Shown here piece by piece: positions 24,643 through 34,675 of a stretch of 64,000 nucleotides of DNA. Made by a program: the position numbers and the translations under genes. The DNA is taken from positions 130,431 through 194,430 of the forward strand of contig CAVXQJ010000001.1 in the NCBI GenBank assembly GCA_963763745.1, written 5' to 3'. Within the stretch, counting starts at the first letter, position 1. Each line of letters opens with the position of its first letter. The notes under the pieces are model-generated. The model searched no databases, was not told where the DNA came from, and was given only the letters and a program-made list of their open reading frames with translations. This DNA comes from an uncultured delta proteobacterium. GTDB lineage: Bacteria; Myxococcota_A; Polyangia; Polyangiales; Polyangiaceae.

Positions 24643-27600
24643 GACCAACGGGTGATGGAAAGGCTACCCTTCGGCACGTGACAGGTCTTCGCGTCGCGCT
24701 CATCGTTGGCGTCTTCGCGTCGGCTTGTGGAGGCGCGCGTCCCGCGGAGGACGCGAGTCGCGCCGCGCTTCGTACGCCCGCCTCCGCCGCGGCCGATCCC
24801 ACGCTCAAACCCGCGAGGCTCGTCCCGCTCCGCGCCGCGGACGACGAGCTCACGTTCGGCGCGGAGCCCGGCGGCGGAAAGCGCGCGCTCGTCGCGGGCG
24901 TACGCGTCGTCCGGTGGGCGGGAGGCGGCGTTCAAAGCGCGACCGATCCGCTCCCCGCACCGCCCACCGAGACGGTCGAAGTGCCCGAGCGACTCGGCGG
25001 TGGCTTCTTGTTCGCGATCGGCCCGAAGATTTATCGCGCCGACAAATGGCTCGCGCCGCTCCAGCTCCTCTACGTCGCGCCGATGAACCCGACGCACGTG
25101 TTCGTCGGTCTCGATCGCGCGTACGTGCGTTTGACGAACAACGCCTACGCGGCGTTCGACGCGCACACGGGCATGCCGATGGATCTCGGACCATGGCCGA
25201 CGAGCCCGGAGGTCACGCGTTACGTCGCGGCGGACGGATGGCGCGCGGTCGCCATCGCCGACATGCGCGGCGCCGTGGCGACGTTCGACGCAGGCGCGAA
25301 GTGGCAATCGCTCGCGCTTCCGATTCAACCGAGCGAGCTTCGTCTCGTCGGCGAATCGATCCTCGTGTCGGGCATGGATGGAAGCGGCGCGCTGCAGTCG
25401 TACGCGGTGCAACCGAACGGACAAATCGCGCACCTCGTGACCGACGAGAAAGCGCACGTGCACGCGAAGCCTCCGCCTCCGCCACCCGACGCGGAGAAAC
25501 AAGCGAGCAAAAATCCGCTCGTCGCCGCGGTGCTCGACGGCTGGCCGCTCGAAGGCGGCGCTGCGCTCGTCGCGCGCGACGGCGAGCTCCTCCGCATTCG
25601 CATCGCCGACGGAAACGTGCTCGACAGAGCGCCCGATGCGTTTCCGCTCAAGCCCGCGCGCTGCCACTCGATCTCGCTCACGCCGTCGAAGTCGCCCGTC
25701 GCGTTCGGATTCGTGTGCGGCGTGCCGCACGGCGCGACGGAAATCTACGCGTACGACCCACACGCTGGAAAGCTCGTGACGCTCCGTCACTTCGACGCGC
25801 CGCGCGCGGTGTTCTCGCCCGGCAACGGCACGCTCGTCGTGGAGGGCGCGTGCGACGAGGCCGCGGCGCCCGTCGACATCAAAAAGACCGAGCAGGGCTA
25901 CTGCCTCATGCACCGCGATCGCACGTTCGAAGACTTCGTCGTGAACGGCGACGTCGGAAGCGAGCGCGTCGTTCCGCTGACGGATGGTCGCACCGCGATC
26001 CTCTCGCCGCCCGTCGGAGATCTCTCGACGGCGCGCTTGACGATCTTCGACGGCAAACGCCCGACGACGATCCCGATCGTCTTCGACGACGTCGCAACGG
26101 CGAAGAAACCGACGCAAGCGCGCAAGCGCGACGATGACGACGACGACGACGACGAACGCACCACGCCCGACGACGACTCGATCATGACCGCGCTCCTCCG
26201 CTCGGGCACGTGGCTTCGCGGCGTCGAAGAGCGCACGCCCGGCGTTCTGTCCGCGTGGGTCGAGCACTCGGGTCACTACGTCGGCGTCGAAGTGAACGTG
26301 AACGGACACGCCAAGCACGGTCACTACATCGCGGAGCTCGGCACGGCGCTCGTGTCGGGTCGCTACGGTCTCGGATGGAGCGCGTCGCGACAAGGTTACG
26401 AAACGATCGACGGCGGGATGACGTGGACGGCGCTCGCGCTCCCCGAGCCGCTCGAGAGCGCGGGACCTGCCGCGGGCGCCGCATCGCACGGCTGCGGTCC
26501 GCTCGGCTGCGTGCTCGCGGGTTGGATTCGAGTCGGATGGACCGCGGACAACGACAAATCACCGCCCGATCTCACCAGCCAAACGCCCCGCTCCGTCGAC
26601 GTGCACGCGCCCGAGTCGCTCTCGCTCCGCTGCGAGCTCGCGCCCGGAAAAATCGCCCTCGCGAGCAACGACACGTCCGGCCCTGCGCAAAACAACTTCG
26701 GCTACGGCGGTTACTACGGCGGCTACTACGGTCGATACGGATACAACCGCACGCCCGTCTCGCAAGATTGGTCGCCGTTCTTCACGATCGACGCGCCCAA
26801 GCTCGGCGCGGACGATTTGGGTTTCAGTCGCGCGATCGACGACGCGTACGAGCGCAACGGCAACGATCGCAACTCGCAAGGACGCTTCTCGCTCGCACGC
26901 GTCGCGCGCCTCTACGCGTGGGGACCCAAGGGCCTCGATTGGGACTTGCGCGGTCGCTTCATGGTGCGCTTCACGTCGCCGTTCGAGAGCTCGACGCAGC
27001 TCCACGCGACGCAAACGATGACGACGCCCGAGTTCATCAAGGAAGCGACCAACTTCGCGATGGGCGGCGGAATGATCACGCACGCGATCCAGAACATCGC
27101 GATGATCCCCGGCGACGACGCGAGCCACGCGCTCCTCGTCATTCACCGCGCGAGCACGATCAACAACGAGCCCGTCGTGCTCGACATCGAAGCCGAGCGT
27201 CCGCCCGCGATCGTGCACCGCATCGATTCGCAATCGCTCGGTGACGTGGAGTCCGCCGTCCGCATGAGCGGGCACTGGTACATGGTCACGTCGGAGGGCA
27301 TGACGTCCGCGGTGTGGGAGCTCGAGAACGGCGTCGCGCGCGAAGTCGTGCGCATCCCGCGCGTGCCGAGCGAAGGCAACTCGCGCTCGTGGGCCATCCG
27401 CCTCGCGCGCCGCGCCGACAACCACATGCTCGCCGCGATGCTCGAAGGCGTCCCCGTCACCGAAGGCGCGGCGATCCCAGCGCACACGTGGTGGCCGCAG
27501 CTCTACGCGCTTCCGATCGACGCCGACGCGGGCACGCTGCAAGACCCCGAGCGCCTCGGCGCGGTGAACGGCGCGGGCAAGAGCATGCACGTCTGCGGAC

Positions 27601-27881
27601 CCGAAGACGGCGGCTGGGTGATCGACGGACGATGGCCCGGCGGCAACGTGTCGATCACGTCGGCGTCGGGCAACGCGACGATCTCGGGCTCGTCGAGCAG
27701 CGGCATGCTCGCGCGTTATCACGTGACTCAGGCGTCGCTCTGCATCGAAAAGATTTCGCTCACCGGCTACGGCGAAACGACCGGCGTCGGAACGCTCGGC
27801 AAAGTCGACAAGCCGCTCGTCTCTGTCGCGATGTTCGTCGACCGCGCGCGTCAATCGCTTCGGTGCGTCGGCAACCGCTAA
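24615..27881 (+). CDS. large hypothetical lipoprotein (~1090 aa) with a poly-Asp stretch and a Gly/Tyr-rich segment
   Basis: Lipobox LIVGVFASACGG; weak BNR/Asp-box-like motifs (DGGMTWTAL); a D9 run coded by (GAC)n near 26131; GYGGYYGGYYGRYGY. Confidence 0.6.
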   Translation: MAHRTSLSLRPTGDGKATLRHVTGLRVALIVGVFASACGGARPAEDASRAALRTPASAAADPTLKPARLVPLRAADDELTFGAEPGGGKRALVAGVRVVRWAGGGVQSATDPLPAPPTETVEVPERLGGGFLFAIGPKIYRADKWLAPLQLLYVAPMNPTHVFVGLDRAYVRLTNNAYAAFDAHTGMPMDLGPWPTSPEVTRYVAADGWRAVAIADMRGAVATFDAGAKWQSLALPIQPSELRLVGESILVSGMDGSGALQSYAVQPNGQIAHLVTDEKAHVHAKPPPPPPDAEKQASKNPLVAAVLDGWPLEGGAALVARDGELLRIRIADGNVLDRAPDAFPLKPARCHSISLTPSKSPVAFGFVCGVPHGATEIYAYDPHAGKLVTLRHFDAPRAVFSPGNGTLVVEGACDEAAAPVDIKKTEQGYCLMHRDRTFEDFVVNGDVGSERVVPLTDGRTAILSPPVGDLSTARLTIFDGKRPTTIPIVFDDVATAKKPTQARKRDDDDDDDDERTTPDDDSIMTALLRSGTWLRGVEERTPGVLSAWVEHSGHYVGVEVNVNGHAKHGHYIAELGTALVSGRYGLGWSASRQGYETIDGGMTWTALALPEPLESAGPAAGAASHGCGPLGCVLAGWIRVGWTADNDKSPPDLTSQTPRSVDVHAPESLSLRCELAPGKIALASNDTSGPAQNNFGYGGYYGGYYGRYGYNRTPVSQDWSPFFTIDAPKLGADDLGFSRAIDDAYERNGNDRNSQGRFSLARVARLYAWGPKGLDWDLRGRFMVRFTSPFESSTQLHATQTMTTPEFIKEATNFAMGGGMITHAIQNIAMIPGDDASHALLVIHRASTINNEPVVLDIEAERPPAIVHRIDSQSLGDVESAVRMSGHWYMVTSEGMTSAVWELENGVAREVVRIPRVPSEGNSRSWAIRLARRADNHMLAAMLEGVPVTEGAAIPAHTWWPQLYALPIDADAGTLQDPERLGAVNGAGKSMHVCGPEDGGWVIDGRWPGGNVSITSASGNATISGSSSSGMLARYHVTQASLCIEKISLTGYGETTGVGTLGKVDKPLVSVAMFVDRARQSLRCVGNR

Positions 27882-27901
27882 AAACGTGATAACGAGGGCT
27901 C

Positions 27902-29851
27902 ATGAGTGAGCCCGAAGAGCCGTATCGCGCACCGGCCCCACCGGACGAAGAGCACACCGGCGATCCCGAGGTCGATTGGTACAGGACCGTCTACCAAGGT
28001 CACGTTCGCCAGTTCACGCTGCGCTCGTTCATCGTCGGGAGCATCATCGGCGCGGTGATGTGCTTGTCGAACCTCTACGTCGGTTTGAAAACCGGTTGGG
28101 GTCTCGGCGTCGCGATCACGGCGTGCATTCTTTCGTTCGCGGTCTACTCCACGCTCTCGCGCGTGGCGCCGAGCCTCTTCGGCAAGAACCTCACGATGCT
28201 CGAGAACAACGCGATGCAATCCACCGCGTCGAGCGCCGCGAACACGACGACGATCATCCTCTGCTCGGCGATCTCCGCGCTGCTCCTCGTCACTGGAAAA
28301 CACATCCGCATGTCGACGCTCATGGGATGGCTTTTCTTCATGGCGGTGCTCGGGACGATCATGGCGATCCCGATGAAGCGTCAGATGATCAACATCGAGA
28401 AGCTTCGTTTTCCGTCGGGCACCGCCGCCGCCGAGACGTTGAAATCGCTCTACGGCGCGGGCGGCGAAGCGGTGAAGAAGGCGCGCGCGCTCTTCTGGAC
28501 GATGGGCATCGGCGCGGTCATCGCGTGGCTCCGCGATGCGCACGGCGCGGCGGGCCATCCGATCCTCGGCATCTTCACGAAGGCGTCGATCATCCCGGCG
28601 AACATCCAGATCCCCTTCATCAAGATTCGCGGGCTGTCGCTGCTCCAGTACACGATCTCGTTCGAGGGCTCGCTCATCATGGTGGGCGCGGGAATGCTCA
28701 TGGGGCTCCGCACGACGATCAGCATGCTCGTCGGAGCGCTCATCAACTACGGCGTGATCGCGCCCATCGCGCTCGATCACGGCGTCATCAAGACGCACCT
28801 CGATGCGCACGGCGCCCCCGCGCTCGGTTACCGCGCGATCGTGTCGTTCAGCTTGTGGCCCGGCGCCGCGCTGATGGTCACGTCGGGCCTCCTCACGTTC
28901 GCGCTCCAATGGCGCACCGTGCTCCGCGCGTTTTCGGGTTTCGGAAAACTGCTCAAGAAGAGCGCCGAGCATCACGATGCAGCATCGAGCGATCCGCTCG
29001 AGAAGACGCGCGCCGATCTCGACAAGATCGAAGTGCCCTCGTCGTGGTTCGCGGGCGGCACCGCGGCGGCGACCGTGGGCCTCGTGCTCATCGGGTACTT
29101 CGCGTTTCAGATTCGCCCGTGGATGGGCGTAGTCGCGGTGATTCTCTCGTTCATGCTCGCGATCGTCGCGTGCCGCGCAACGGGCGAGACGGACATCACG
29201 CCCGTCGGCGCGATGGGCAAGATCACGCAGCTCACGTACGGCGTGCTCGCGCCGTCGAACATCACGACGAACCTCATGACGGCGAGCCTCACGGCAGGCA
29301 CCGCCGGCGCATCCGCGGACCTGCTGAACGATCTCAAGAGCGGATATCTGCTCGGCGCGAACCCGCGCCAACAGTTTCTCGCGCAGCTCTCGGGCACGCT
29401 CATCGGCACGGCCGTGTCGGTGCCGGTGTTCTACTTGCTCGTGCCGACGCCCGACGCGCTCGGCACGGATCGCTTCCCCGCGCCGAGCGCGCAAGTGTGG
29501 AAGGGCGTCGCCGAATTGCTCGCGAATGGAGTCGAGTCGCTCCACCCGTGGGCGCGCTGGGGCATCGTCGTCGGCGGCGCGATCGGCATCGTGCTCCCGC
29601 TCCTCGAGCTCGCGTTTCCGAAACATCGAAAGTGGATGCCGAGCGCGACGGGCCTTGGGCTCGCGCTCGTCATCCCGTGCTGGAACTCGGTGTCGATGTT
29701 TCTCGGCGCGCTCCTCGCGTACGTCTGGACGAAGTACAAGAGCGAGCACGGCGAGCGCTACATCACGTCGGTCGCCTCGGGCATCATCGCGGGCGAGAGC
29801 CTTCTCGGCGTCGTCGTCGCGCTCCTCAGCGCCGGTGGCTATCTCGAATGA
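27902..29851 (+). CDS. OPT-family oligopeptide transporter
   Basis: About 16 TM helices and typical OPT conserved blocks (NLYVGLKTGWGLG, RFPSGTAAAETLKSL, PVGAMGKITQLTYG). Confidence 0.85.
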   Translation: MSEPEEPYRAPAPPDEEHTGDPEVDWYRTVYQGHVRQFTLRSFIVGSIIGAVMCLSNLYVGLKTGWGLGVAITACILSFAVYSTLSRVAPSLFGKNLTMLENNAMQSTASSAANTTTIILCSAISALLLVTGKHIRMSTLMGWLFFMAVLGTIMAIPMKRQMINIEKLRFPSGTAAAETLKSLYGAGGEAVKKARALFWTMGIGAVIAWLRDAHGAAGHPILGIFTKASIIPANIQIPFIKIRGLSLLQYTISFEGSLIMVGAGMLMGLRTTISMLVGALINYGVIAPIALDHGVIKTHLDAHGAPALGYRAIVSFSLWPGAALMVTSGLLTFALQWRTVLRAFSGFGKLLKKSAEHHDAASSDPLEKTRADLDKIEVPSSWFAGGTAAATVGLVLIGYFAFQIRPWMGVVAVILSFMLAIVACRATGETDITPVGAMGKITQLTYGVLAPSNITTNLMTASLTAGTAGASADLLNDLKSGYLLGANPRQQFLAQLSGTLIGTAVSVPVFYLLVPTPDALGTDRFPAPSAQVWKGVAELLANGVESLHPWARWGIVVGGAIGIVLPLLELAFPKHRKWMPSATGLGLALVIPCWNSVSMFLGALLAYVWTKYKSEHGERYITSVASGIIAGESLLGVVVALLSAGGYLE

Positions 29852-29957
29852 AGAATTAGACAGGGAGTCAAGGCAGAGAGTGGGAGAAGAGATGGGAGAT
29901 ATTTTTCTTTAAGAAAAAAATCTCCCTCTTCACTCCATTTCTCTGACCTTCTCCCTG
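29852..29957. repeat. AT-rich imperfect palindrome (~45-bp arms, perfect central hairpin gggagatatttttctttaagaaaaaaatctccc); a candidate bidirectional terminator or REP/MITE-like element
   Basis: The left arm agaattagacagggagtcaaggcagagagtgggagaag is the reverse complement, with a few indels, of the right arm cttctccctgtcaattct. It fills the whole gap between two convergent stop codons; local GC is about 40% against about 70% for the window. Confidence 0.6.
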
Positions 29958-31466
29958 TCAATTCTTCTCTTGGTCGTAAGCCCACTTGGGACGCGGGTGC
30001 TCCGGTGGGCGGAGCTCGCAGCCCGCGTTCTTCTTCAGCGGGCCATCGGGAACGAAGAGGCCGTCGTTCGTTCCGGGTTTGCCCCACACTTCGGTGGGTC
30101 CCTTGCATCCTTGCGCGATCCACGTCGCGATGATCGAGAGCTCTTCGTCCGTCATCGACGGAATGCCCATCGGCATCCCGAGCGGCGCCTTCGGAACGCG
30201 CGGATAATTCGGGCGATCGTAGTCCTCGAACGCGGGCACGTGATCGCGTTGCTCCTCGACGCGTCGCTGCACCATCGCAAGAACGATCGGCGGCATCGCC
30301 TCACCCGGTCGCGCGATCAAGACCGAATAACGTTTTCCATCCGTGCCCACCGCGCCGTTCACGAGCGCTTCGTACGTGCGCATCGAGAGGCCGATGCCGT
30401 GGTAACCGAACCCGCCTTTGTTTCCGGGGCCGGTGTCTTTCTCGTAGTCGTTCATGTGGCAGTGGACGCACACCTTCCCGATCGTGCGCGCCTTCATCTC
30501 TTCCCACTTCACTTCGCGCTCGAGAATTTTCGGCGGCGTGACCGTGTATGCGTCGGGCGCGCTATGGAGATCGGGATCGCCGAAGAAGAGAAAATCGCGA
30601 ATCGCCGCGGCTTCGTCGTGCGTGAGGCTGCTCGGCGGCATCGTCGTGTCGGGTTTGATCTTCGGAGCGTTTTGGATCCACTCGACGATGACGTCCGCGC
30701 GTGTCCGCTCTTTCGCGAAGCGGAGATTCGGCGCGAGGCCGTTCGTTCCGCGAGCGCCTTCGAGCGCGGCGCGCGGAATGCCCGTGTCGATGTTTCCGAA
30801 CGTGTGACACGCGGGACAACCCTTGTTCAAAAAGAGCTGTTTGCCTTTGTCGATGCGTGACTGCTCCGGACGCTTTCCGAGCTCCGGCGCTTTGTAATCG
30901 GGCGCGTATGGATCGGGCGCGAACGCGATCGCGGCGAAGTAGCGCGCGATCGCCTTGATGTCGTCGTCGCTCAGGTTGTGGCGGATCATGCTCTCTTCGA
31001 GCGTCGGCCGCTGATCGTAGGGCTGCGCGAGGAAGCTCGCGATGTAGTCCGCGCGCACGCGCTTTCCCACGTTCGTGAGGCTCGGCACTTTGATCAAGTG
31101 CACGATGTTCTTCTGGTAGCGCGCGAGGATGTCCGCGCCGTAGCGCGTCTTCAGCTCTTCGAATTGTTTCTCGCCGGGTTTGAGCCCGTTCAAGAACTCG
31201 TGACAGCTCGTGCAGTAGTTCGGGCGAACGGGCGCGGCGAGATCGTCGATGTCGTGACAGCGGCGGCACTCGTTTTTCTCGAGCACCGCCTTGCCCGCTG
31301 CGATCGCGTCGGTGCGCGTTTTCTCGTCCCACTTCGTCTTCGGTGGTTCGAACGTCGTCACCGCGACGGACGCGGCAGCGTCGATCGTCGAGGGAGGCGG
31401 TGGTGTTTTTCCGCATGCGGCACAGAGCGCAGCGATCGCGATCGACCCAGCGAAGAACCTATGCAC
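29958..31466 (-). CDS. tetraheme c-type cytochrome lipoprotein
   Basis: Lipobox AIAALCAACG; four CxxCH motifs (CRRCH, CTSCH, CPACH, CVHCH). Confidence 0.8.
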   Translation of the reverse strand: MHRFFAGSIAIAALCAACGKTPPPPSTIDAAASVAVTTFEPPKTKWDEKTRTDAIAAGKAVLEKNECRRCHDIDDLAAPVRPNYCTSCHEFLNGLKPGEKQFEELKTRYGADILARYQKNIVHLIKVPSLTNVGKRVRADYIASFLAQPYDQRPTLEESMIRHNLSDDDIKAIARYFAAIAFAPDPYAPDYKAPELGKRPEQSRIDKGKQLFLNKGCPACHTFGNIDTGIPRAALEGARGTNGLAPNLRFAKERTRADVIVEWIQNAPKIKPDTTMPPSSLTHDEAAAIRDFLFFGDPDLHSAPDAYTVTPPKILEREVKWEEMKARTIGKVCVHCHMNDYEKDTGPGNKGGFGYHGIGLSMRTYEALVNGAVGTDGKRYSVLIARPGEAMPPIVLAMVQRRVEEQRDHVPAFEDYDRPNYPRVPKAPLGMPMGIPSMTDEELSIIATWIAQGCKGPTEVWGKPGTNDGLFVPDGPLKKNAGCELRPPEHPRPKWAYDQEKN

Positions 31467-31471
31467 GCGCC

Positions 31472-33431
31472 CTACTTTACACTCTTCGACGAGCCCTCCG
31501 TTCCGTTCTTGCGAACCACGTTCTTCACGTGCGAGTCCGTGCCGATCGGAAGCGCGCCGAGGAGTCGTTCGACGACGTCGGTCACGCTCTCACCGCCGAG
31601 GATGGCGAGCGGCGAGACGTTCTTCGAGAGCTCCGCTGCGAGCTGTTGATGACCGAGCGTCTTCAGCGTCGCGACGAGCTCGGGCGACATCGCGGCCATT
31701 TGATCTCGGAACGCGGCGACGCGCGCTTCCATCATCTTCTGCTCGAGCGCGTTCTCGCGCTCCTTCGCCGCCATGCGCGCCGCGTCCGCGACGCCGCTCA
31801 CCGCGGCTGCCGCTTCGGCAGTCGCGAGATCCACGAGTCGCTTCTTCTCGACGCGCGCTTGCTCGACGACCATCGTCGATGCTTGCTCTTCGCAAATCGT
31901 CCGGCGCACTTGCTCCTTCAGCTTCTCCGTCTCGAGACGGAGGAGCTCTTGCCGGCGCGTCACGTCCGCGACGATCGCGTTCTTCTGCGCGCCGCCGAGG
32001 AGGACCTGCACTTCGGGATCGAGGATGCGCACGTCGAGGACCTCGACGTCGTAGATCCACATTCCGTTTTCTTCGAAGTGACGGCCGGGACGCGGTTCGC
32101 CTTCGCGCTTCTCGCCGAGGATCGCGGTGCGGAGGATCTCCGTGCCGTTTTGGTAGAACGCCTCGATCGAGCACGCGCGCGCCGCGGCGCGCAGAAGCGA
32201 GCCCGCGTGGTCGCACAAGAGACCGACGTAGTCCTTCACGTTGAACCAACGCGCCGTCTCGGGACCGACGAACGACACGCGATACGACACGACGACCTCG
32301 ACCTCGTTGTGATCGCCCGTCTTCAATCGGAGGACGTCCGAGACTTTGTTCCCGTCGGTTTGGAGGAAGCACGTGCGCAGCGTGCGCTCCGACGATTTGG
32401 GTTTGCCCGTCGAGAGCTCGAGCACCTCGAGATCTTCGTCGAAGTCGAGGACGCGCGTTTGCGGACCGCGCACGACCTCGCGCGAGCTCCGCGCGGTGAC
32501 GAGCACGGCGAAGCTCGACGGGATGTACACGGCGAGCGAGTAGCCGTCGTTCGCGACGCCGATAGAGATCGATGCGCGCTTGATCGAGATCGCGCGCGAT
32601 GATTTGCACGCGCGTCGGGTCGGGCAAGTAGTTCACCGGACCGACGATCGTCGTGATGCGCCCCGTCGCGATGTCGCGCGCGTAAACGCCTTGTCGCTCG
32701 CCGATCGGAATCGCCGAGATCTCTGCGACGACTTCGACGTTCGGCGTTGGAAAGAAGAATCCTTCGCCCTCCGCGATGAACATGTCTTGTCCAGCTTCGT
32801 ATTCGCCCTCCGGAATTACGCCGCCCGCGGGTTGAACGAACGATTTTGCGACGCGCAGATGAAGACCCGCGCCTTTGCGCAAGCGACGCGCCTTGTGGAC
32901 GTATCCGCTCTGCCCGGCGAGGACCTCGATGCCGGTGATGGGAACATAGAAGCTCGTGTCTTCGCCGCGCACGATCATCTCCGTTCCGATCGGCTCCTCG
33001 TGGCCTTCGTCGTCGTAGACGCGCACGACGAGGTACTCGTCTTCGCGGAGCGCGTGACCGTCGACGACGCGCGCGCGCTGTCCGGGCCAGAGCGGAAACG
33101 ACGCGGGCCCGGGCACGACGACTTTGCGACCGGTGCGAAGCTCGACCGCGCTGTTGTTCCCTTTCGTCGGTTTGACGTTCGGATCCTTCGGCGGATTTTC
33201 GAGCACGATGTACTGCGACGACGTCGCGCTCGTGAACGTCGCGACGGCGCTGCCTTCATCGGCGCGCACGGGAACGAAGCGGCCGTGCTGGTAGTCGACG
33301 AGGCGTTCGGTGTTCGACAGGCTGATCTTCGTCGGACCCACGTAGAGGACGATGTCGCCCTTCGTGAGATCCTGGACGTAGGCGTATTCGTTCGAGGCCA
33401 CGAGGATGTCGCGTTCGCGTGTGTCGGTCAT
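31472..33431 (-). CDS. major vault protein (MVP) homolog, with a single frameshift near 32500-32560
   Basis: The N-terminal MVP repeats (FPLWPGQ vs eukaryotic FPLYPGE; IPIGERQGVYARDIATGRITTIVGPVNY vs [28 protein letters not shown]) are in ORF 31590..33467. The shoulder and cap-helix regions (VEVVVSYRVSF, NVKDYVGLLCDHAGSLL, NGMWIYDVEVLDVRILDPEVQVLLGGAQKNAIV) are in ORF 31472..32530. Confidence 0.8.
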
Positions 33432-33526
33432 GCACGGCGAGATTGCAGCGTGCGTGCCGTGCTCCAAATGCGCGGCGACCCGTGTTTTCCCGTCGATTCG
33501 CCGCTCTCGAATGGAGCGCGACGCGA

Positions 33527-34675
33527 TCAGATCCGGCGCGCGACGTTTGGGAGCTTCTTCGCGCTCTCGTCATCGAGCGCGCAAACGCCCACTTCCTTGC
33601 GCGTCTGAAAGACGATGAACGCCTCGCTCGCCCACCACGCTTCGCCCGGCTTCGACGCGGACGGCACGCGCTTCGCGCCGATCACTTTGGCGACGCGCGC
33701 GCCGCTGCCCTTCGGCATCTTCCGAAAGCGCCTGCGCGAGATCTTCTCCTCGAAGTACGACGCGAGCGTGAGGCGCGCGACGATCGAGTCACCGTTTTTC
33801 GCGAACACGCCCGGCATCATGCCTTCGATCTCGTCTTCGCCGAACACGCGGCCCTTCGCGTCCATGTAACAGTTGCCGCGCGAGTCGATCGCGATCGGAA
33901 CGAGATCGTCTTCGCGCTTCTTCGGTTTCTGCGATTTGAAAAACGCGAACGCGCCGAACATCGCGTAGGTTCCTTCGTCGATCCAATCGTCGTCGCCGGA
34001 TTCGGGCACGATCAAGCCGCCGTAGCGCGCTTCGAAATCGAGCACGGCGGGGTGCGCTTTGTATCCGCGCTTCGCGAGGAGCGCGACGAGCTCGGCGCGC
34101 GTCGTCGTCTTCTTTGGATCGCGCTCGGCCTTCTTGCGCCGGAAGAGCGCCGCGATGGGCGCATCGACGACGCTCATCACGCTCGCGAGCGCGGCCGCGG
34201 CGCGCGGATCGACGCGACGCTTCGGCTCTGGAATCGGCGTGCTGTCGATGTCGTCGCGTTTGGCGACGCGTTTCTTGGCGTCTGCGAATCGCGCCTGCAC
34301 CTTGCGGTGCCGAGCGAGCGAGTCCTTGCCGGGCATCCCGTACGAAGTGTGGGTGAGGATGAGGTCGACGAGATCCTTGCCGCCGGTCGCTGCAGCGAGC
34401 AGCTTGCCGATCGCGTCGGACAGCCAACCCGCGGCGCGCTGGAGCGGGTCGTCGAAGTGATTGTCGTGTTTGTCCGAGATGCGAAACATTTTGTTCTGCG
34501 CGAGCACCAAGTCTTTCTTCTTGGCTTCGCCGCGCAGCGACGCTTCGACGAGACCGAGAGCACGGTGCCACTCGGGCGTGACGGGGCCTCCTGCTTCGGC
34601 GAGCTCGGCGACGGCAACGCTCACGACGATGTGGAGCGCTGCGATCGTTTGCGGAGTCGTTTGTGCGCGCTTCAT
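33527..34675 (-). CDS. SMI1/KNR4 (SUKH-superfamily) domain protein
   Basis: The C-terminal region YGGLIVPESGDDDWIDEGTYAMFGAFAFF...LVPIAIDSRGNCYMDAKGRVFGED fits the SUKH pattern; the start is MKRAQTT. Confidence 0.5.
   Translation of the reverse strand: MKRAQTTPQTIAALHIVVSVAVAELAEAGGPVTPEWHRALGLVEASLRGEAKKKDLVLAQNKMFRISDKHDNHFDDPLQRAAGWLSDAIGKLLAAATGGKDLVDLILTHTSYGMPGKDSLARHRKVQARFADAKKRVAKRDDIDSTPIPEPKRRVDPRAAAALASVMSVVDAPIAALFRRKKAERDPKKTTTRAELVALLAKRGYKAHPAVLDFEARYGGLIVPESGDDDWIDEGTYAMFGAFAFFKSQKPKKREDDLVPIAIDSRGNCYMDAKGRVFGEDEIEGMMPGVFAKNGDSIVARLTLASYFEEKISRRRFRKMPKGSGARVAKVIGAKRVPSASKPGEAWWASEAFIVFQTRKEVGVCALDDESAKKLPNVARRI

Noticed and set aside
31472-33431. Whether the MVP-like gene could be eukaryotic contamination or a chimeric contig.
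   Set aside because: Its GC content and codon bias match the rest of the window. It is embedded between bacterial-type genes (a lipobox cytochrome c 6 bp downstream, overlapping ATGA junctions upstream) and it has no introns.
33527-34675. The SUKH-domain protein as part of a polymorphic toxin/immunity cassette.
   Set aside because: No toxin domain (for example an RHS, a nuclease, or a deaminase C-terminus) is encoded nearby. The gene is operonic with metabolic and structural genes, so an immunity role is not supported here.
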